NCBI GenBank assembly: GCA_012295275.1
Contig: CM022678.1
Location: 9,982,001-10,046,000 of the forward strand
Direction: 5' to 3'
DNA length: 64,000 bases
Source of the DNA: Chrysomallon squamiferum
Taxonomy: Eukaryota; Animalia; Mollusca
Position numbers and translations under genes: made by a program. This document shows, piece by piece, positions 43,335-58,640 of the stretch (positions are counted from its first letter, which is position 1; every line of letters begins with the position of its first letter). The notes beneath the pieces are model-generated. The model was not told the DNA's origin, made no database searches, and saw nothing but the letters and a program-made list of their open reading frames with translations.

Positions 43335-44214
43335 CTTATTACTTATAGTAATATGATTATTTTTCTCTAATTAGGTTTTAGTTGAGTGATTTCTTCTTAT
43401 TATTATTATTACTAGTAGTACTAGTAGTAGTAGTACTTTTACTGGTATTGATATTGTTGTTATTTTAGAATCGTCTGAATGAAGAAGCTCACATTTTTAG
43501 GATAGTTCACACTGATTAGTAGTAAAATACTAATAGTAGTTTTCTATTTTCAGTTCAAACAAAGCTTTCTGTGTAAATATATATTTATATATCTAGAAAT
43601 AAGAAAAATATATTAACACATTTTCAGAGTTTTTTCTTAATCCAATTACTTAACAGTCATCTTGGCACCCAAAATCATCTGAAATAATCAAACATAAAAC
43701 ATAACTCAGTTAATTTTACAATTCTATCCTTTTTTAAATGTATTTATTTATTTTAAATTACTGCACAATTATAAACAGAACTAGATAATCGTAACTGTTC
43801 AGAAGAGAGATTTGACTAAACCGACATAAAATGTAAACTGAGTAACCATCTATAAAATCAAAAGAAAACAATTATAAAACAAATCAATCAATCAATAAAT
43901 AAATAAATACTAAATAATTAAATAATAACAGCAGCAAAAGCAAAGTTCAAAAATAGCGATACAGTTTATAAATAAAAAGAAACATCAGATAACTAGATGC
44001 TAACAAAATAATAAATTCATCAAGTGACAAAAAATAAAAATAAATATTATCATTACACAATGGACAGTCTGTATGACGTCGTTAGAACTCAGCACTGCAT
44101 TTAGAACTTCGACCACCTCATACAACACGTTGAGTTCTAAAGGGACAGAACCTCGAGAAATTGCTTGAAATTAGCCGGGTATGTATCCAGAAGGGTCCGC
44201 TGTGTGTCCCACTG

Positions 44215-44360
44215 CAAAATCTGTTAATACTGTCCCATGTTGACGATGTTTTACATATTACAAAATCTATTAATACTGTCCCATGTTGATGATGTTTAAC
44301 ATATTACAAAATCTGTTAATACTGTCCCATGTTGATGTTGTTTTATATATTATAAAATCA
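44215..44360. repeat. 46-bp minisatellite, ~3 units (paralog)
   Basis: Same unit and flanks as 20634-21337. Confidence 0.9.
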
Positions 44361-44756
44361 ACACAGTACGTGAAATACTACTGCAGTATTATTATTATTA
44401 TTAGTAGTAGTAGTAGTAGTAGTAGCAGCAGCAGCAGTAGTAGTAGTAATAATAACGATTGTTTGAATTTCCAAAACTGACAAAGAAGTATCATCTCTCG
44501 AAGAGACTGAAATAAAACCTAAACTGAAGAAGTCACTGCTATAAACACACAGATATAATTAGATTAAAACTCTGCTGTTAGGATGTGAGGTTATTTGTGT
44601 AGACCTGGTGATGATCTCTAGCTGGGATAATTCTGTGTCTGTCTGTCTGTGCTACGTACATAGATAATTCAGTGTGCGTTCTCTGTGTGTATGTTCTGAT
44701 ATATGCTTAATTAAACAATGTTTGTTTTGCATAAACTACGTCTTTTATCACGATAA

Positions 44757-44844
<88 letters not shown>

Positions 44845-45532
44845 CTAGTAGTATAATAATAGTAGTAGTTGTTGCTGTAATAGTAATAGTAACAGTAGTT
44901 GTTGTTGAGTAATAGAAATAGTAGCAGTAAGACAAAAACTCAAGAGTAACTGCACGATTTGCAAACAAATATGAAGATAAATCAAATAACAAAATAATAA
45001 ACAAACAAATATGTAGGCAAGAAAAAATCAGTTATCAAAACAATAAAGAAACAAACAAATAAATAAATATGTAGGCAAGAAAAAATCAGTTAACAAAATA
45101 ATAAATAATTAAATATTATAATTTACTCGTATGTAATAACTAAACGTCTCTGTCAGTGAATTTTTATTATTTTTCAGAATTTTCTCCAGCAGTGATAAAA
45201 CTCGTTCATATACAGTCCACTCAGTTACACAGAAAACACCGAGTCCTCGCAAATGATAGTAGTAGTAGGAGTGCTAGACTTAGAAGTAGTGTTATCAAAT
45301 CTATTCAGTTTACTAAATAAGGCCATGCATTGTAACTGATATACCTCACCTGAGTTTTATCTCCATCACGAGACGGTCAAAGTTCTCTTCAGGCGGATAT
45401 ATTAGATCACGTATTTGTGACTTTGTCTCATAGATCTGAAAACTGGTTTCTACCGTAACACAGCCTCAGTGTCATCTCTTTGTTAGAAAACATCCAACCT
45501 GGTAAGAACTTTTATAAAACAAAAATTGCATT

Positions 45533-45631
<99 letters not shown>

Positions 45632-48161
45632 GTAATAGTTGTAGTGGAAATATTGTTTGTTGTAGTAGTTTTAGTATTAGTTGTTGTAGTACTTGCAGCA
45701 GAATTATTCGTCGTTGTAGTCGTAGTTACATTGTTAATTGTTGCAGTAGTCATAGAAACTTGTAGTACTTGTAGTGTCAGTATTAGTCGTTGTAGTAGCT
45801 GTAGTAGAATTATTAGTTACTACAGTAGCAGTTGTTCTAGTAGTTGTAGTTGCAGTATTTGTTTTTCCAGTGGCTGTTGTAGCATTATTCGTTAGTATCA
45901 GTAACATTACAGTGTTTTAGTATTTACATATCTCTTCTGTATGCTAGCTGTAGACAATTTTAGTAAAGTAATAATTATTGTATAGACTTAAGATAGTGTG
46001 ATCTATATATGAAATAGAGAAAATAAAAACAACTATAAACACTAGAAAAAAGAATATTTAAAAATTTGTCAGTCTAAGCTGGTTTCTCTTGCTCTTTGAT
46101 TTCGATTCTTTCATTGATATCTACAGGAATCTAATACTTTGTAATCTTTGCACAGTCCTGTCGGCCCTTTTATGAAATAGAGCTCACTGAACCTCGAAAT
46201 CCTGACCTTGTTTTGATAAGCTTTTGACAGCGGGTTACTGTTAGATATTTTTCTCACTTGTTTTGGTTCTGTCATTTTGCAGTGTAATCTGTGTCATCAC
46301 ACAGTTATAAACACGCACACACACACACACACACTCGCATACACACACGTAATGTTAAAAAAGTTTCTTTCTTTCTTTTCTTAGATGAAAAGCGTCTCTT
46401 TATATATTTTATTATTTGTAGGTTAGCATTTATACAAACTGAGCGAGATAAGTATAAGTACATAAATTACATTCAGAAATATTAATAAGTATACATATTG
46501 TCGACTATTAGATCGGGAAATAAATTTGATTAAATTAATGTTATAATATGTTAGATGGGGAAATTAGTTTAATACTGACATAAATTATGACAAAGTGTAC
46601 GTTTGTGCGGTATTTGTTTAATTGTAGTGTACTTTATTTCGTTATTTAATAAGTCGATATATATAAGTATATATACATATCGACAGATAGATATAAAACA
46701 AAACATAATGTGTTTGTAACTAAAAACAGGAAGTAGCGGCAACATATGTTAAAATAAATTACGTTTATTTTTGTAAATTTATTAACAAAGCTGTAGATAA
46801 ATAAAAAGCGAATCAGCTGCACATTATCATCACACTTCATATAATAATTAATATCGGGAAATCAATTTAATTATAATGACAGAAAATAATAATTTTACTC
46901 AGTGATATATCTTTCACACACACACGTGTATGCACGTGTATCTCAGAGGGAGGGAGAGAGAGAGAGATTAGATTAATTACACTTATAAAAATAATAAAAT
47001 TTATTAAATTTAATTACAGTTATGCTTGTAGTTTGCGTATATTTTTGACAGTTTTTATTTTTAATCATATTTCTGTGTCAATTGAATCAACATGACATTG
47101 TCAAACATTCAAGAACTCATTTCTTTCACGCATAGAAACAAACACTATGTTTAGATTAGTCAATTAATGAAATATGTTCTATATATATATATTTAATTAA
47201 TTAGATTAAAACCATTTTTATATATATATATAGCTTAAATAAAATGAAATAAATCTATTTAACACAGAGAAGAGATATATATTCATTATTATAATTAGTA
47301 TAATAATTGATATCGGGAAATCAATTTAATTATAATGAGAGACAATAATAATTTTACTCAGTGATATTTGTGTCACACACAAACACACACACACACACAT
47401 ATATGTAGGTGTATCTCAGATAGAGATATATTAGATTAATTACACTTATAAAAATAATAAAATTAATTAAATTTACAGTTACAATTATGCTTTTAGTTTG
47501 CGTATATTTGTGATGTTTTATTTTTAATCACATAACATAACATAATATAATATAATATAATACAATACAATACAGGAAGCATTAAATAAAATGAAATAAA
47601 ACTATTTAATACAGAAAAGTGATATATATTTATTATTATTTTATTACTGCTGTGTATACGTAATTAAAAACATACATTCACTTTGTATTCTGTTTTTCAT
47701 TATTAGAGTTTATTTATATATCTTACGAAAAGACCTGATACCGCCAGTTCACTATTCAAGTTTAAACAAGATACAATTTTGGCGGCTAAATATATTATCT
47801 TTCTCTGTCCCACTTCAAGCTAGCTGCTGTTGTCTATTATTACTACATGTGTGATAGGCTCTAAGCAGCATTTTATAACTTAATTCTGTACACAAACTAT
47901 GTTAAGGTAGTTGTTAATTTTAATCCTGTTTACTTAACCACAAGAATTTAAATATTTCACGATTATTTTTTATTAGAAGAAACAAACGTTTTATAGAAAA
48001 CTTCAAAGCTCCTACCCCTTCTTTCTTTACGAATTGGTATCTTCCGCTCTGACAAAACCGGGCTTCGCTACTGCAAGAGTAAATTGACATTGTAGATGAA
48101 CAAACGGAGAAATGTGTTTCTCTTAAAATTTTCATTTCTCAAGACTAAGTAAGTCAAATTA

Positions 48162-48219
<58 letters not shown>

Positions 48220-48791
48220 GTGCTCTAAGCTATTTAAAAATATCATTTTCAAAGTCAATTCCACGATTACATTGTCGTGCGAGATACGTGTTTTTCAAGA
48301 AAAGTAGCTCGTCACATTGCGAGAAACGATTTCTGTTCTAGTGATCTGCTTAATTAACTTGCAGCATTCGTTTTACTCACATATGTTTAGTGTCTTGCAG
48401 GGTTTTTGTGATTATTTCTTTGCTTCATACAATTTATTACAGCTGACCTCCTTTATTATATTAATCTTGTCTGTCTGCAATTTCCAAGAGGCTGTCGTCT
48501 TCCTTCTCATATTAAGAGTGACGTCACAAGGTTAAATTTAGCAAGTTCGTAATGCACTTTTATTTTACAAATACGACTAAGTAAATAAACAGTTTATTTA
48601 GTGTATTTATAACATATTAATAATTTATAATAAAAATTTCATTTTATTTAATTTCATTTTTATAATAAAAACAGTGTTACATTCGCAAGTTTATATATTT
48701 ATCATTTCATTTTATGTATTTCTATATACCATTGGTTGTATGACTTATATGGAATTAATATATAATTTTTACCTCCAGTAGGTTGTTTTCA

Positions 48792-48856
<65 letters not shown>

Positions 48857-48861
48857 CAGAT

Positions 48862-49386
48862 ATGGCAACAGCTTCAAACTCCGATGACAACATTTCGTGT
48901 TCTCTGTGTTTGGAAATTTTTGACAAACCAATAGTTTTTTTATGTGGACATTCGTTTTGTTCTAAATGCCTGCATAATTACATCATCACACATTACAACA
49001 ACAACGACACAGAAATATCCTGCCCATTCTGCATGCAGAATGTCCACATTCCAGACAGCACGAAACCAGTGGAAACATGGGCAGCTCAATTCTCTATAAA
49101 CAAGTCACTGGTGGACGCCATTAACAAAATACAACATTCAAAGTTGTGTGAGTCAGCAGTGTTGTGTTTTGATTGAGCATTACAATACAATAATAAAAAA
49201 AAATACACTGTCATTTTACTAAATATATTTGCTGTGTATTAACTATCGTAGCATAATGAAATAGAGGACATTTTATCTATAACATTTTTCTAGTAAGATT
49301 TTACATTTAGTTGAAAAATAAATTCTATAACTCTTCACAATGTATGCATATCTTTATTAATAATAATTACTAATTCTATTATTATT

Positions 49387-49420
<34 letters not shown>

Positions 49421-50845
49421 TTTCAGCTAAAAAGGGAGGTCACATTTCAGTTCTGAGTTCTGTTTCTGAGCGTCTCAAATCCTACAAAGAAATTCTTCAG
49501 ACAGAGATGGATGATAAGATTGAGGAACTTCACCAAGCCGTCGACATCAACGTCGTGGACACCACACAAGAGGTCAGAAGGATTGGTAACACACTAATCA
49601 CAGATTTCACAGCCGCAGTCCACAAAGAACAAGACAGGTTAATAAGAGAAATAGAAAAATCTCAGAACTTTGTAAACTCAGAAATAGACAAATTGTTTAG
49701 TGAACACAAACATCTGATTGATGAAAATGAAAAGTTTATAAAACTTGGTGAGGGATTTGTTAAAAGAAAAATCAGAGTCAGACATAAAAACAAATCTTCC
49801 AAAATTCACCAAACTTCAAAACACAACTTCCGAGTTTCTGTCAAATTCTCTTTCACAAATAGAAAAAGCAAAATTCAAAATAAATCTCAGAAAATCCGAT
49901 AAAAAGAAAGAAATGTCTGTGCACATTGGTGAAATAATCACAAACATCCAAACAGACACACAGATAAACAGAGTGACAGACACACTCAAACACACAGACA
50001 CCATTAACACAGAAACACAACACACAGACACACAGATAGACAAACAGACAGACACACTCAAACACACAGACACCATTAACACAAAAACACAAGAAGATAA
50101 AAAAAATCCTTCTGTGTTTTCCATCCTGGTGTCAGGTGAGGACAAGAGTAAAATTGTTGTTAGTGATTGTAACAATAAATGTGTAAAATGTTTTTGTTTA
50201 ACAAGAAAATCACTGATAAACAAACACGTGACTTCCACTCGTCCATGCGGTCTTGCTGAGTCACGTGATCAGCAGGGTGATGTTGTTGTTGTCGTTGCTC
50301 TGCCACGTGAAAATAAAATATTGTTTTTAAATTTGGAAAACTTCAAACTGATAAAAACAATTACAACTGGTAAAAAGTATCAGTTTATCGCTGTGTTACC
50401 TGGCAACCGTCTCGCGGTCACTGAGTACTACAGTGAGTGCTTGGACATACTGACAGACAGTGGTCAGCTCATTAATTCTATCTCAACAGATTTGATCCCC
50501 AGTCCGAGGTTTCTCACAGTTCACGATCAATGTCTGATTGTTGTGTCACAGAGAGAAAACAGTTTATTTTGTGTGACGTCATCAGGTGACGTCAAATGGA
50601 AGTCACGTGATTCACACAAACTGAGAGGCTTGACAGGTGTTACATGTGACAGGGAGGGAAATATTTTTGTTTGTGATTTTGATAGAAATTGTGTTGTTCA
50701 GTTGTCACAAGATGGTAACATTACACGTGACATCCTCACTGACCAGGATGGACTGTCCAGACCTTGGTGTGTCTGTTGTGATGACAACAAACTCTACGTG
50801 GAAACTAACAATGAAATAAAAATATTTACGTGGTGTAAAAAGTAA
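48862..50845 (+). CDS. TRIM-like E3 ubiquitin ligase, copy 3 (RING + coiled coil + six-bladed NHL-like propeller; exons 48862-49147 and 49427-50845; ~567 aa if one +1 frameshift at ~49755 is corrected)
   Basis: Intact C3HC4 RING. Intron 49148-49426 is GT-AG, phase 1 and in frame. ORFs 49507-49902 and 49745-50845 overlap at a single extra base (gagggAtttg versus gagggtttg in copy 2). Six blade-like repeats: VFSILV..IVVSD, PCGLA..VVVAL, YQFIAV..LAVT, PRFLTV..LIVVS, LTGVTCD..IFVCD, PWCVCC..LYV. Confidence 0.88.
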
Positions 50846-52760
50846 ACTTCAAACTGTCTGCTAAGTTAGTTTCACTGAACTGTTTTGAAGTTGAAAGTCC
50901 ACAGACATTTCTTTCTTGTAAATAAACAGAAAATCAGTTATTTATTTACTGTAAGGTAATTAATTTAGTTAATTTTTTTTATATCGTTTAACCTTGCTAA
51001 ATTACAAAATAGATTTCACTTTAAAACAGACTCTGATTTACTTTTGAAATTTTCACCCAGTTTTGTGTGTGTGTGTGTGTTTTTTCTTACATGTAAACTA
51101 TTCTATTATTTTGTTAACTGGTTTATTTGAAAGAATGTTTTGTATTTAAAATATATTTGTGCAATCAAAACTGTAATAAAATATTTATATCATAATAAAT
51201 CAAATTATTCTGTCTTTATTTCATTTAAATTTCAAAACTATTTTACATTGTTTCGTGATCTCTTTGTCTGTATAGCTAATATGTATTCACCTAACTGTAT
51301 GTATATCTATATGTCTGTCTGTATAATATAATTCATGTGTATAATGTGTAGAACAAAGTAGTTCACTGATGAGATTTATTATAAATTTATTTTTAACAGC
51401 TAATACAAATTATTGTTTTGGAGATCTCTAGCATTTTCAACATGTGAAAAAGCTCTGTGACACTTTCCCCGCGGGTCGGGAGAAATGGTTCAACACGTGC
51501 AAAAGGTGCGCGCCGTCGGCCCACGTGTGGGAAAAAAGTTTTAAACTTCCTCATTTTTATTCTGCTTGACATATTTTATAAATTTCTGTCTTATACATGA
51601 AGTTAAGTTCAATTTTTTCTTTATTTATTTTTTAATCCAAAGAAAGAAATAAACAAGAAGAAAAAAGAAAAAAGACAAACACACACACCTATATTCACAC
51701 ACACACATACAAATACACAAGTACACACACAGATACAAACACACAGACACACATACATACACATACAAAAACACACACATACATACTCATACATACATTC
51801 ATTCTCACTAACATACTCGCTTACACTCACGGACCTTTAAGAACTAATCAAGTGGTGATATCAAATGTATTATGTTTTTTGACAGAGTTACTTTTTCTCA
51901 AAGTACTAAAGTGTTTCACTGTGCATTAAACATGTAAGAAACAAAGTTATATTTTGTTAGCGCCAAATCAGGCTTAGCACATTGTTTGTGTATGTGTGTG
52001 TGCATGTGTATGTGTGTGTTTGTGTCTGTGTGTGTTTGTGCGTTTGTATGTGTGTCTCTGTGTGTATGTGTATCTGTATGAGTGTGTGTTTTTGTGTGTA
52101 TGTATATAGATAAATATATACATATACACACCTCTCTCCGTGTATGCGAGTGTGTGTCTCATTGTATGTATGTGTTTATGTTTGTATATATATGAAGCAT
52201 TATTAGTAACATAACCACCAATATTGCATCTACTAGCACACTACGATAACGATCACCCCAATAACATTATGACTACCACAACGACTGTTGTTTCCAATAC
52301 CCACCACAACTACTGCTACTGTAACCACCATTACTATTCAGCCACTAATACTATTACTACAACTACTAATACTTCTACTACTTGTACCAATATTGCGAAT
52401 GCTATTTGTGCTGTTTATTACCACTAGTATTACTGCTACTACTGCTACTACTACTACTACGACGATGACTGCTATGACGACTGCACATAACACTAATAAG
52501 AAAAACACAGCTGCAAAATGACAGAGAGGGAAACGTTTTGTTTCTAAGATTATTTACCAGTGTAACCCATGCTAAACACTCAGAAAATAAAATACGAGTA
52601 TGTTTTATCCGTTTTATGTTTTTAGCTGATAATTTTACAGTCTGTAATTATTTTTATTAGTAGTATTAGTATTAGTATTAATATTAGTGACAATGTAACA
52701 TTTCAGTTAAAACACATTTTTGTATTTTTCAGCAGAAAGACTAATTTAATATTTGACCTT

Positions 52761-52815
<55 letters not shown>

Positions 52816-53481
52816 TAACAAACCAACAATAATAATAATTATAATAACAACAACAATAATGGTAAAAACAACAACAATTGAAACTTACAGCAATAATAAT
52901 AAGAATAATAATTATTATAATAACACCAGTAACAATAATAATAACAATAATAACAATAATAATATCAATAATAACAGTATTAAGTGTTCTCATCCGTTCA
53001 GTCGCTAACAACGTCTGTCACGTACAAAACTCTTGAAAGACTGAACTGCTTGGTGTCGTGTATTATGGTAAAAACGGCTTGAAACATTTTTATTACCATA
53101 TTTTTGTATTAAATATTATTATTGTTAGTAATAGTAATAATAGGAGGTGGAGTTGTAGAAGAAGTAGTAGTAGTATAAATTTTATCAGTGGCAGCGGTAA
53201 TAGTAGTAGTAGTATAGTAGTAGTAGTAGTTGTAGTAATAGCAGTAGTATAGTTTGTAGCAGTAGTAGCAGTAGTAGTAATAGTAGAAGTAGTAGTAGTA
53301 TAAATTGTATCAGTGGCAGCGGTAATAGTAGTAGTAGTAATAGTAGAAGTAGTATAGTAGTAGTAGTAGTTGAAGCAGTAGTAGTAGTAGTATAAATTGT
53401 AGCAGTGGTAGCGGTGGTTATAAACACGGTCAGATAGGAATACAAATTTGAAAATAACAATGAAGACAGTAATGGAGAGAG

Positions 53482-53564
<83 letters not shown>

Positions 53565-54159
53565 TTAGAAAAACTACAAAACTACGGTTCTGTAAAATGA
53601 GACAATCCAAAGGAAAGACAGGAGACGAAGAGACAAGCTGGAAGGCAGAAAACGGAAGACACAGACACTGATTTCAGACACACATACAGACACACAGACA
53701 CACACGCCTACATTCATTCGTACTATCCGTGTACGCACTAAACACGCATAATGCATACGGAAATGAAGACAATCGAATAAAACAACAACAATCTCGTAAT
53801 AAATATTTTACTATATATATATTTATTCATTGATTGATTTATTCATTCATCGATGAAAGAGTGAGTCACGTACGCACACAGACACGTTTCACAAACACAA
53901 ATGCACACTGAACTGAACTGAACGTTACTTACACTCAGGCCGTAGACTACATAATAATAAAACACATACAACATATCAATAAATCAACCTGCGGTTTTGA
54001 AAAAAGGTTCATGATTAGATTACAGAAAATGTAACGTCTTTTTTAAGAACACCAGCTTTTTTGAGAGTTAAATAATTTACAAAACTTATAAATACTTGGT
54101 TTTGATTGACCGAAAAACGGCTACTTTGATACATAATTATTTTTTTTTTAAACAATTTG

Positions 54160-54649
54160 TTTGTATTATGTATGTATGTATTTGTGTATGTTTGTATGTA
54201 TGTGTATATGTGTTTGTATTAAGAGTGTATGTATTTGTGTATGTCTGTATGTGTGTGTATCTTCTGTGTGTTTGTATTATGTGCGTATTTGTGTATGTCT
54301 GTATGTATGTGTATGTGTGTTTGTATTATGTGCGTATTTGTGTATTATGTGTGTGTATTTGTGTATGTCTGTATGTGTGTTGTATGTTCTGTGTGTTTGT
54401 ATTATGTGCGTATTTGTATATTAATATGTGAGTATTTGTATTTGTATATGTGAGTATCTTCTGTTTGTATTATGTGCGTGTTTGTGTATGTCTGTGTGTG
54501 TGTGAGTGTGTAGTGTGTGTGTAGTGTGTGTGTAGTGAGTGTCTAGTGAGTGTGTAGTGAGTGTGTAGTGTGTGTGTAGTGTGTGTGTATAGTGTGTGTC
54601 CTGTGTGTGTGTAGTGTGTGTGAGTGTATGTGTGTAGTGTGTGTGTGTG

Positions 54650-54682
<33 letters not shown>

Positions 54683-54729
54683 TGTGTGTGTAGTGTGTAT
54701 GTGTGTGTGTACTGTGTGTGTGTAGTAGT

Positions 54730-54762
<33 letters not shown>

Positions 54763-54806
54763 TAGTGTGTGTGTGTGTGTGTGTGTGTAGTGTGTGTGTG
54801 TGTGTG

Positions 54807-54864
<58 letters not shown>

Positions 54865-54979
54865 TGTGTGTGTGTGTGTGTGTGTGTAGTGTGTGTAGTG
54901 AGTGTGTAGTGTGTGTAGTGTGTGTGTGTGTGTGTGTGTGTGTAGTGTGTGTGTAGTGTGTGTGTGTGTGTGTGTAGTG

Positions 54980-55019
<40 letters not shown>

Positions 55020-55264
55020 TGTGTGTGTGTGTGTGTGTGTGTGTAGTGTGTGTGTAGTGTGTGTGTGTGTGTGTGTAGTGAGTGTAGTGTGTGTGTAGTG
55101 AGTGTGTAGTGTGTGTATAGTGAGTGTGTAGTGTGTGTGTAGTGAGTGTGTACTGTGTGTAGTAGGTATGTAGTGAGTGTAGTGTGTGTGTAGAGTAGTG
55201 TGTGTGTGAGTGAGTGTGTGTGTGTGTGTGTGTAGTGAGTGTAGTGTGTGTGTAGAGAGTGTGT

Positions 55265-55296
<32 letters not shown>

Positions 55297-55400
55297 AATG
55301 AGTGTGTAGTGTGTGTGTGTGTGTAGTGAGTGTGTACTGTGTGTGTGTAGTAGGTGTGTAGTGAGTGCAGTGTGTGTGTAGAGAGTGCGTAGTGAGTGAT
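54160..55400. repeat. (TG)n / (TAGTG..)n compound microsatellite
   Basis: Direct inspection; source of the spurious His/Thr ORFs. Confidence 0.95.
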
Positions 55401-55471
55401 TGTAACATTGGTAGCGGTGGTTATAAACACGGTCAGATAGAAACACAAATTTGAAAATAACAAGGAACACA

Positions 55472-55554
<83 letters not shown>

Positions 55555-55805
55555 AAGAAGAAGAAGAAGACGACGGTGTTTTTAGGTAAATTTACGTGTT
55601 AAATACAGTTATTTCAATTAGAACGTGAAACTTCAAGATGTTGCGCCAAGGCTAATGTGCACGTGCAAGATCTAAATAATTTACTTTTTTTCTGTGAATT
55701 CACCTATTTCTATAAAATGTTTCAGAGGAAAATTTGGCAGTAATACTAATTCTTTTAATGTCACCGTATTGTATTTGTCTTTTAAACAGCTGATTTCGAT
55801 TTTTA

Positions 55806-55874
<69 letters not shown>

Positions 55875-56315
55875 ACTTACGCAGTTACTGTAAAAAGTTT
55901 ATTTAACATCAGAAATGCTAGTTTAGCATCTTATATGAAAGCTGTCATTCAGTAAGAAAGAAAACAAAGTGAAATTAGATGTTTGTGAAAAACGTGCAAA
56001 CTGAACTAACAAGGAGGACACTACAGCTGACATGTAAACTTTTGTAAACCACTAAATGATTTGTTTCAACCTGTTAATCACAGAGAACTCCCTCGTTAGA
56101 CATCTAGCAGTAACTAAAATACCTGACGGGTGGTAATGCATTACTTTGAATTTACAGGTGGAAACTTTTTAAGTCTATGTGCTAGAAACAAAAAAACACA
56201 CACTCACACATACACAAACATAAACACACACAGAAACAAACACACACACACACAAACAAACACAAACACACACAAACACAAACCCACAAACACATCCCCA
56301 CACAAACACAGCCAT

Positions 56316-56348
<33 letters not shown>

Positions 56349-56454
56349 TTCACATACAAACACAAATACAAACAAACGCACAAACACCACACACAGACAT
56401 ACACATACATATAAATATATATATATATACATACATACACACACATAATGCGTC

Positions 56455-56650
56455 TGTACTTATCAATGTAGTCTGTAAGTATCATTATAATATTTATCAA
56501 TGTAGTCTGTAAGTATCATTGTAGTATTTATCAAAGAAGTCTGTAATTATCATTATAGTATATGTATTTATCAATGTAGTCTGTAAGTATCAATGTAGTC
56601 TGTAATTATAATTATAATACGTATTTATCAATGCAGTCTGTAATTATCAT
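56455..56650. repeat. ~34-bp degenerate minisatellite
   Basis: Recurring tatttatcaatgtagtctgtaagtatcatt. Confidence 0.75.
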
Positions 56651-56771
56651 ACCTGATCTGTCAGTTGTTCCATATGATTGTTTATATGTATTTCTGTCAT
56701 CTTTCTACATACCTAGCTTTTTCTTATTCTGTGACACCTGTCTGCCTGACTGAATATTCGCGCGAACTCAC

Positions 56772-56892
<121 letters not shown>

Positions 56893-57361
56893 ACTGTTTT
56901 TGAGAGACTGGTTATCTGTGATAGAATGAAAAATGTGGGTGCAAAAGAAGCTACTACCTCGTTACTTCTGTCTTCAGACACACACACACAGACACACACA
57001 CACAGAGACACACATACACACACACACAGACACACACACACACACAGGCACAGACACACACACACACATACACACACACACAGACACACACACACACACA
57101 GGCACAAACACACACAAACACACACGGAGACACACACACACACAGGCACACACACAGACAGACACACCGTTGTACGAGTACGTTTATTTGCACACACAAC
57201 GTGACACATGGAAACAGGTAACAGTTAATTACTTTATTCCTAGTTGTACACTGCTAACGATCAGATTATGAAAACATAAATTATTATCACTTTTTCATGT
57301 CAAAGATTCTTTTTGTTTCTTTTTATTTTCCATAAACAGTTTTATTTATTACAATTTTATC

Positions 57362-57487
<126 letters not shown>

Positions 57488-57769
57488 CTACGGGCAGAGA
57501 AAGAGAAAACGGATGGACCTGAAAGATAAATAGTAAAAATTGCTTCATAATTCTTTTTTTTTTTTTTTTAATCGAAGAAAATGTAAGTATTTTACCTTGT
57601 AAAATAATAAAACAGAAATTAAAAAGCTGCATCCTTTGTTCTTTTGATACCGTAGATAAATTTAAAATCCGTGTTTTATTTTATTTTTCATGTAGCACCT
57701 TATGCCAATTTCTGTTTGTTTTTTTTCTTTTTGTTTTCCCTTCTGTATATTTATTTCTTTATTCATTTC

Positions 57770-57865
<96 letters not shown>

Positions 57866-58640
57866 TCTTCTTGTTTCTGGCTTTATTTTATTTATTAATT
57901 TTAGTTTGTTATTCCGTATTATTTTGGAAATAAGTTAATTAATCAAACGAGAAATAATCGAGTAATGCGCAGAAACAAAGACATCTGACATTAAGTGTGA
58001 TTTGTAAAACGTTTTCATATCTGTCTGTTTTCTAATTTATTTTGTTTGTAATCAACACAAATGTTACAAACGATCTGAAAGCAGCAGACGTTCATACTTT
58101 CAGGAATAAATATATAAATACTGCAAAAATGAGCGAATTAATTAATGCATGCACTGAAACACATTTGTTACTTGTTTTGTTTTCCAGCTAGCGTAATACA
58201 CATATTGATCAGTGTATTATTTATTTGGGTTACAGCTACGAGTCAAAAGTTTTCACTTAAAAAAACCGTGCTATGTAACACGACCCTTTCCAAGAAACAA
58301 AATGTTTTGTTGTTGATAGTAATAAATGGTTGTGACCGCTAAGCAGGTTTTCCAGCGTCAAAACAGTGGACTGCTAGTACTAGTTATAGACTTGTAATAA
58401 TTAAAGAAATAATAAAATAAAATAAGTAAAATAAAAAATGCTCGTTATATTAATGTGTCGACGACGCAAACATATTTTTTCGCATTAGGTTAATTTCATG
58501 TTTTACGTGTTTATTACGCGGTATTATATCGAAACAAAACTAATCTAAAACATGATAAATGTATTTTAACTGAAATACTTTTCAAATAAAGATAGTTTTC
58601 AGTACAGAAACCATGTTATGTAATATGTTGTTGATTTATA

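Noticed and set aside
49745-49775. Programmed ribosomal frameshift in copy 3
   Set aside because: Copies 1 and 2 are in frame at this site, so it is a private 1-nt insertion.
54421-55470. Long His/Thr, Cys/Val, Leu/Ser, Glu/Arg and poly-I/L/Y/T ORFs here and throughout the window
   Set aside because: They are translations of (CA)n, (GA)n, (ATT)n and (ACT)n microsatellites, open in several frames at once and with no domain content.
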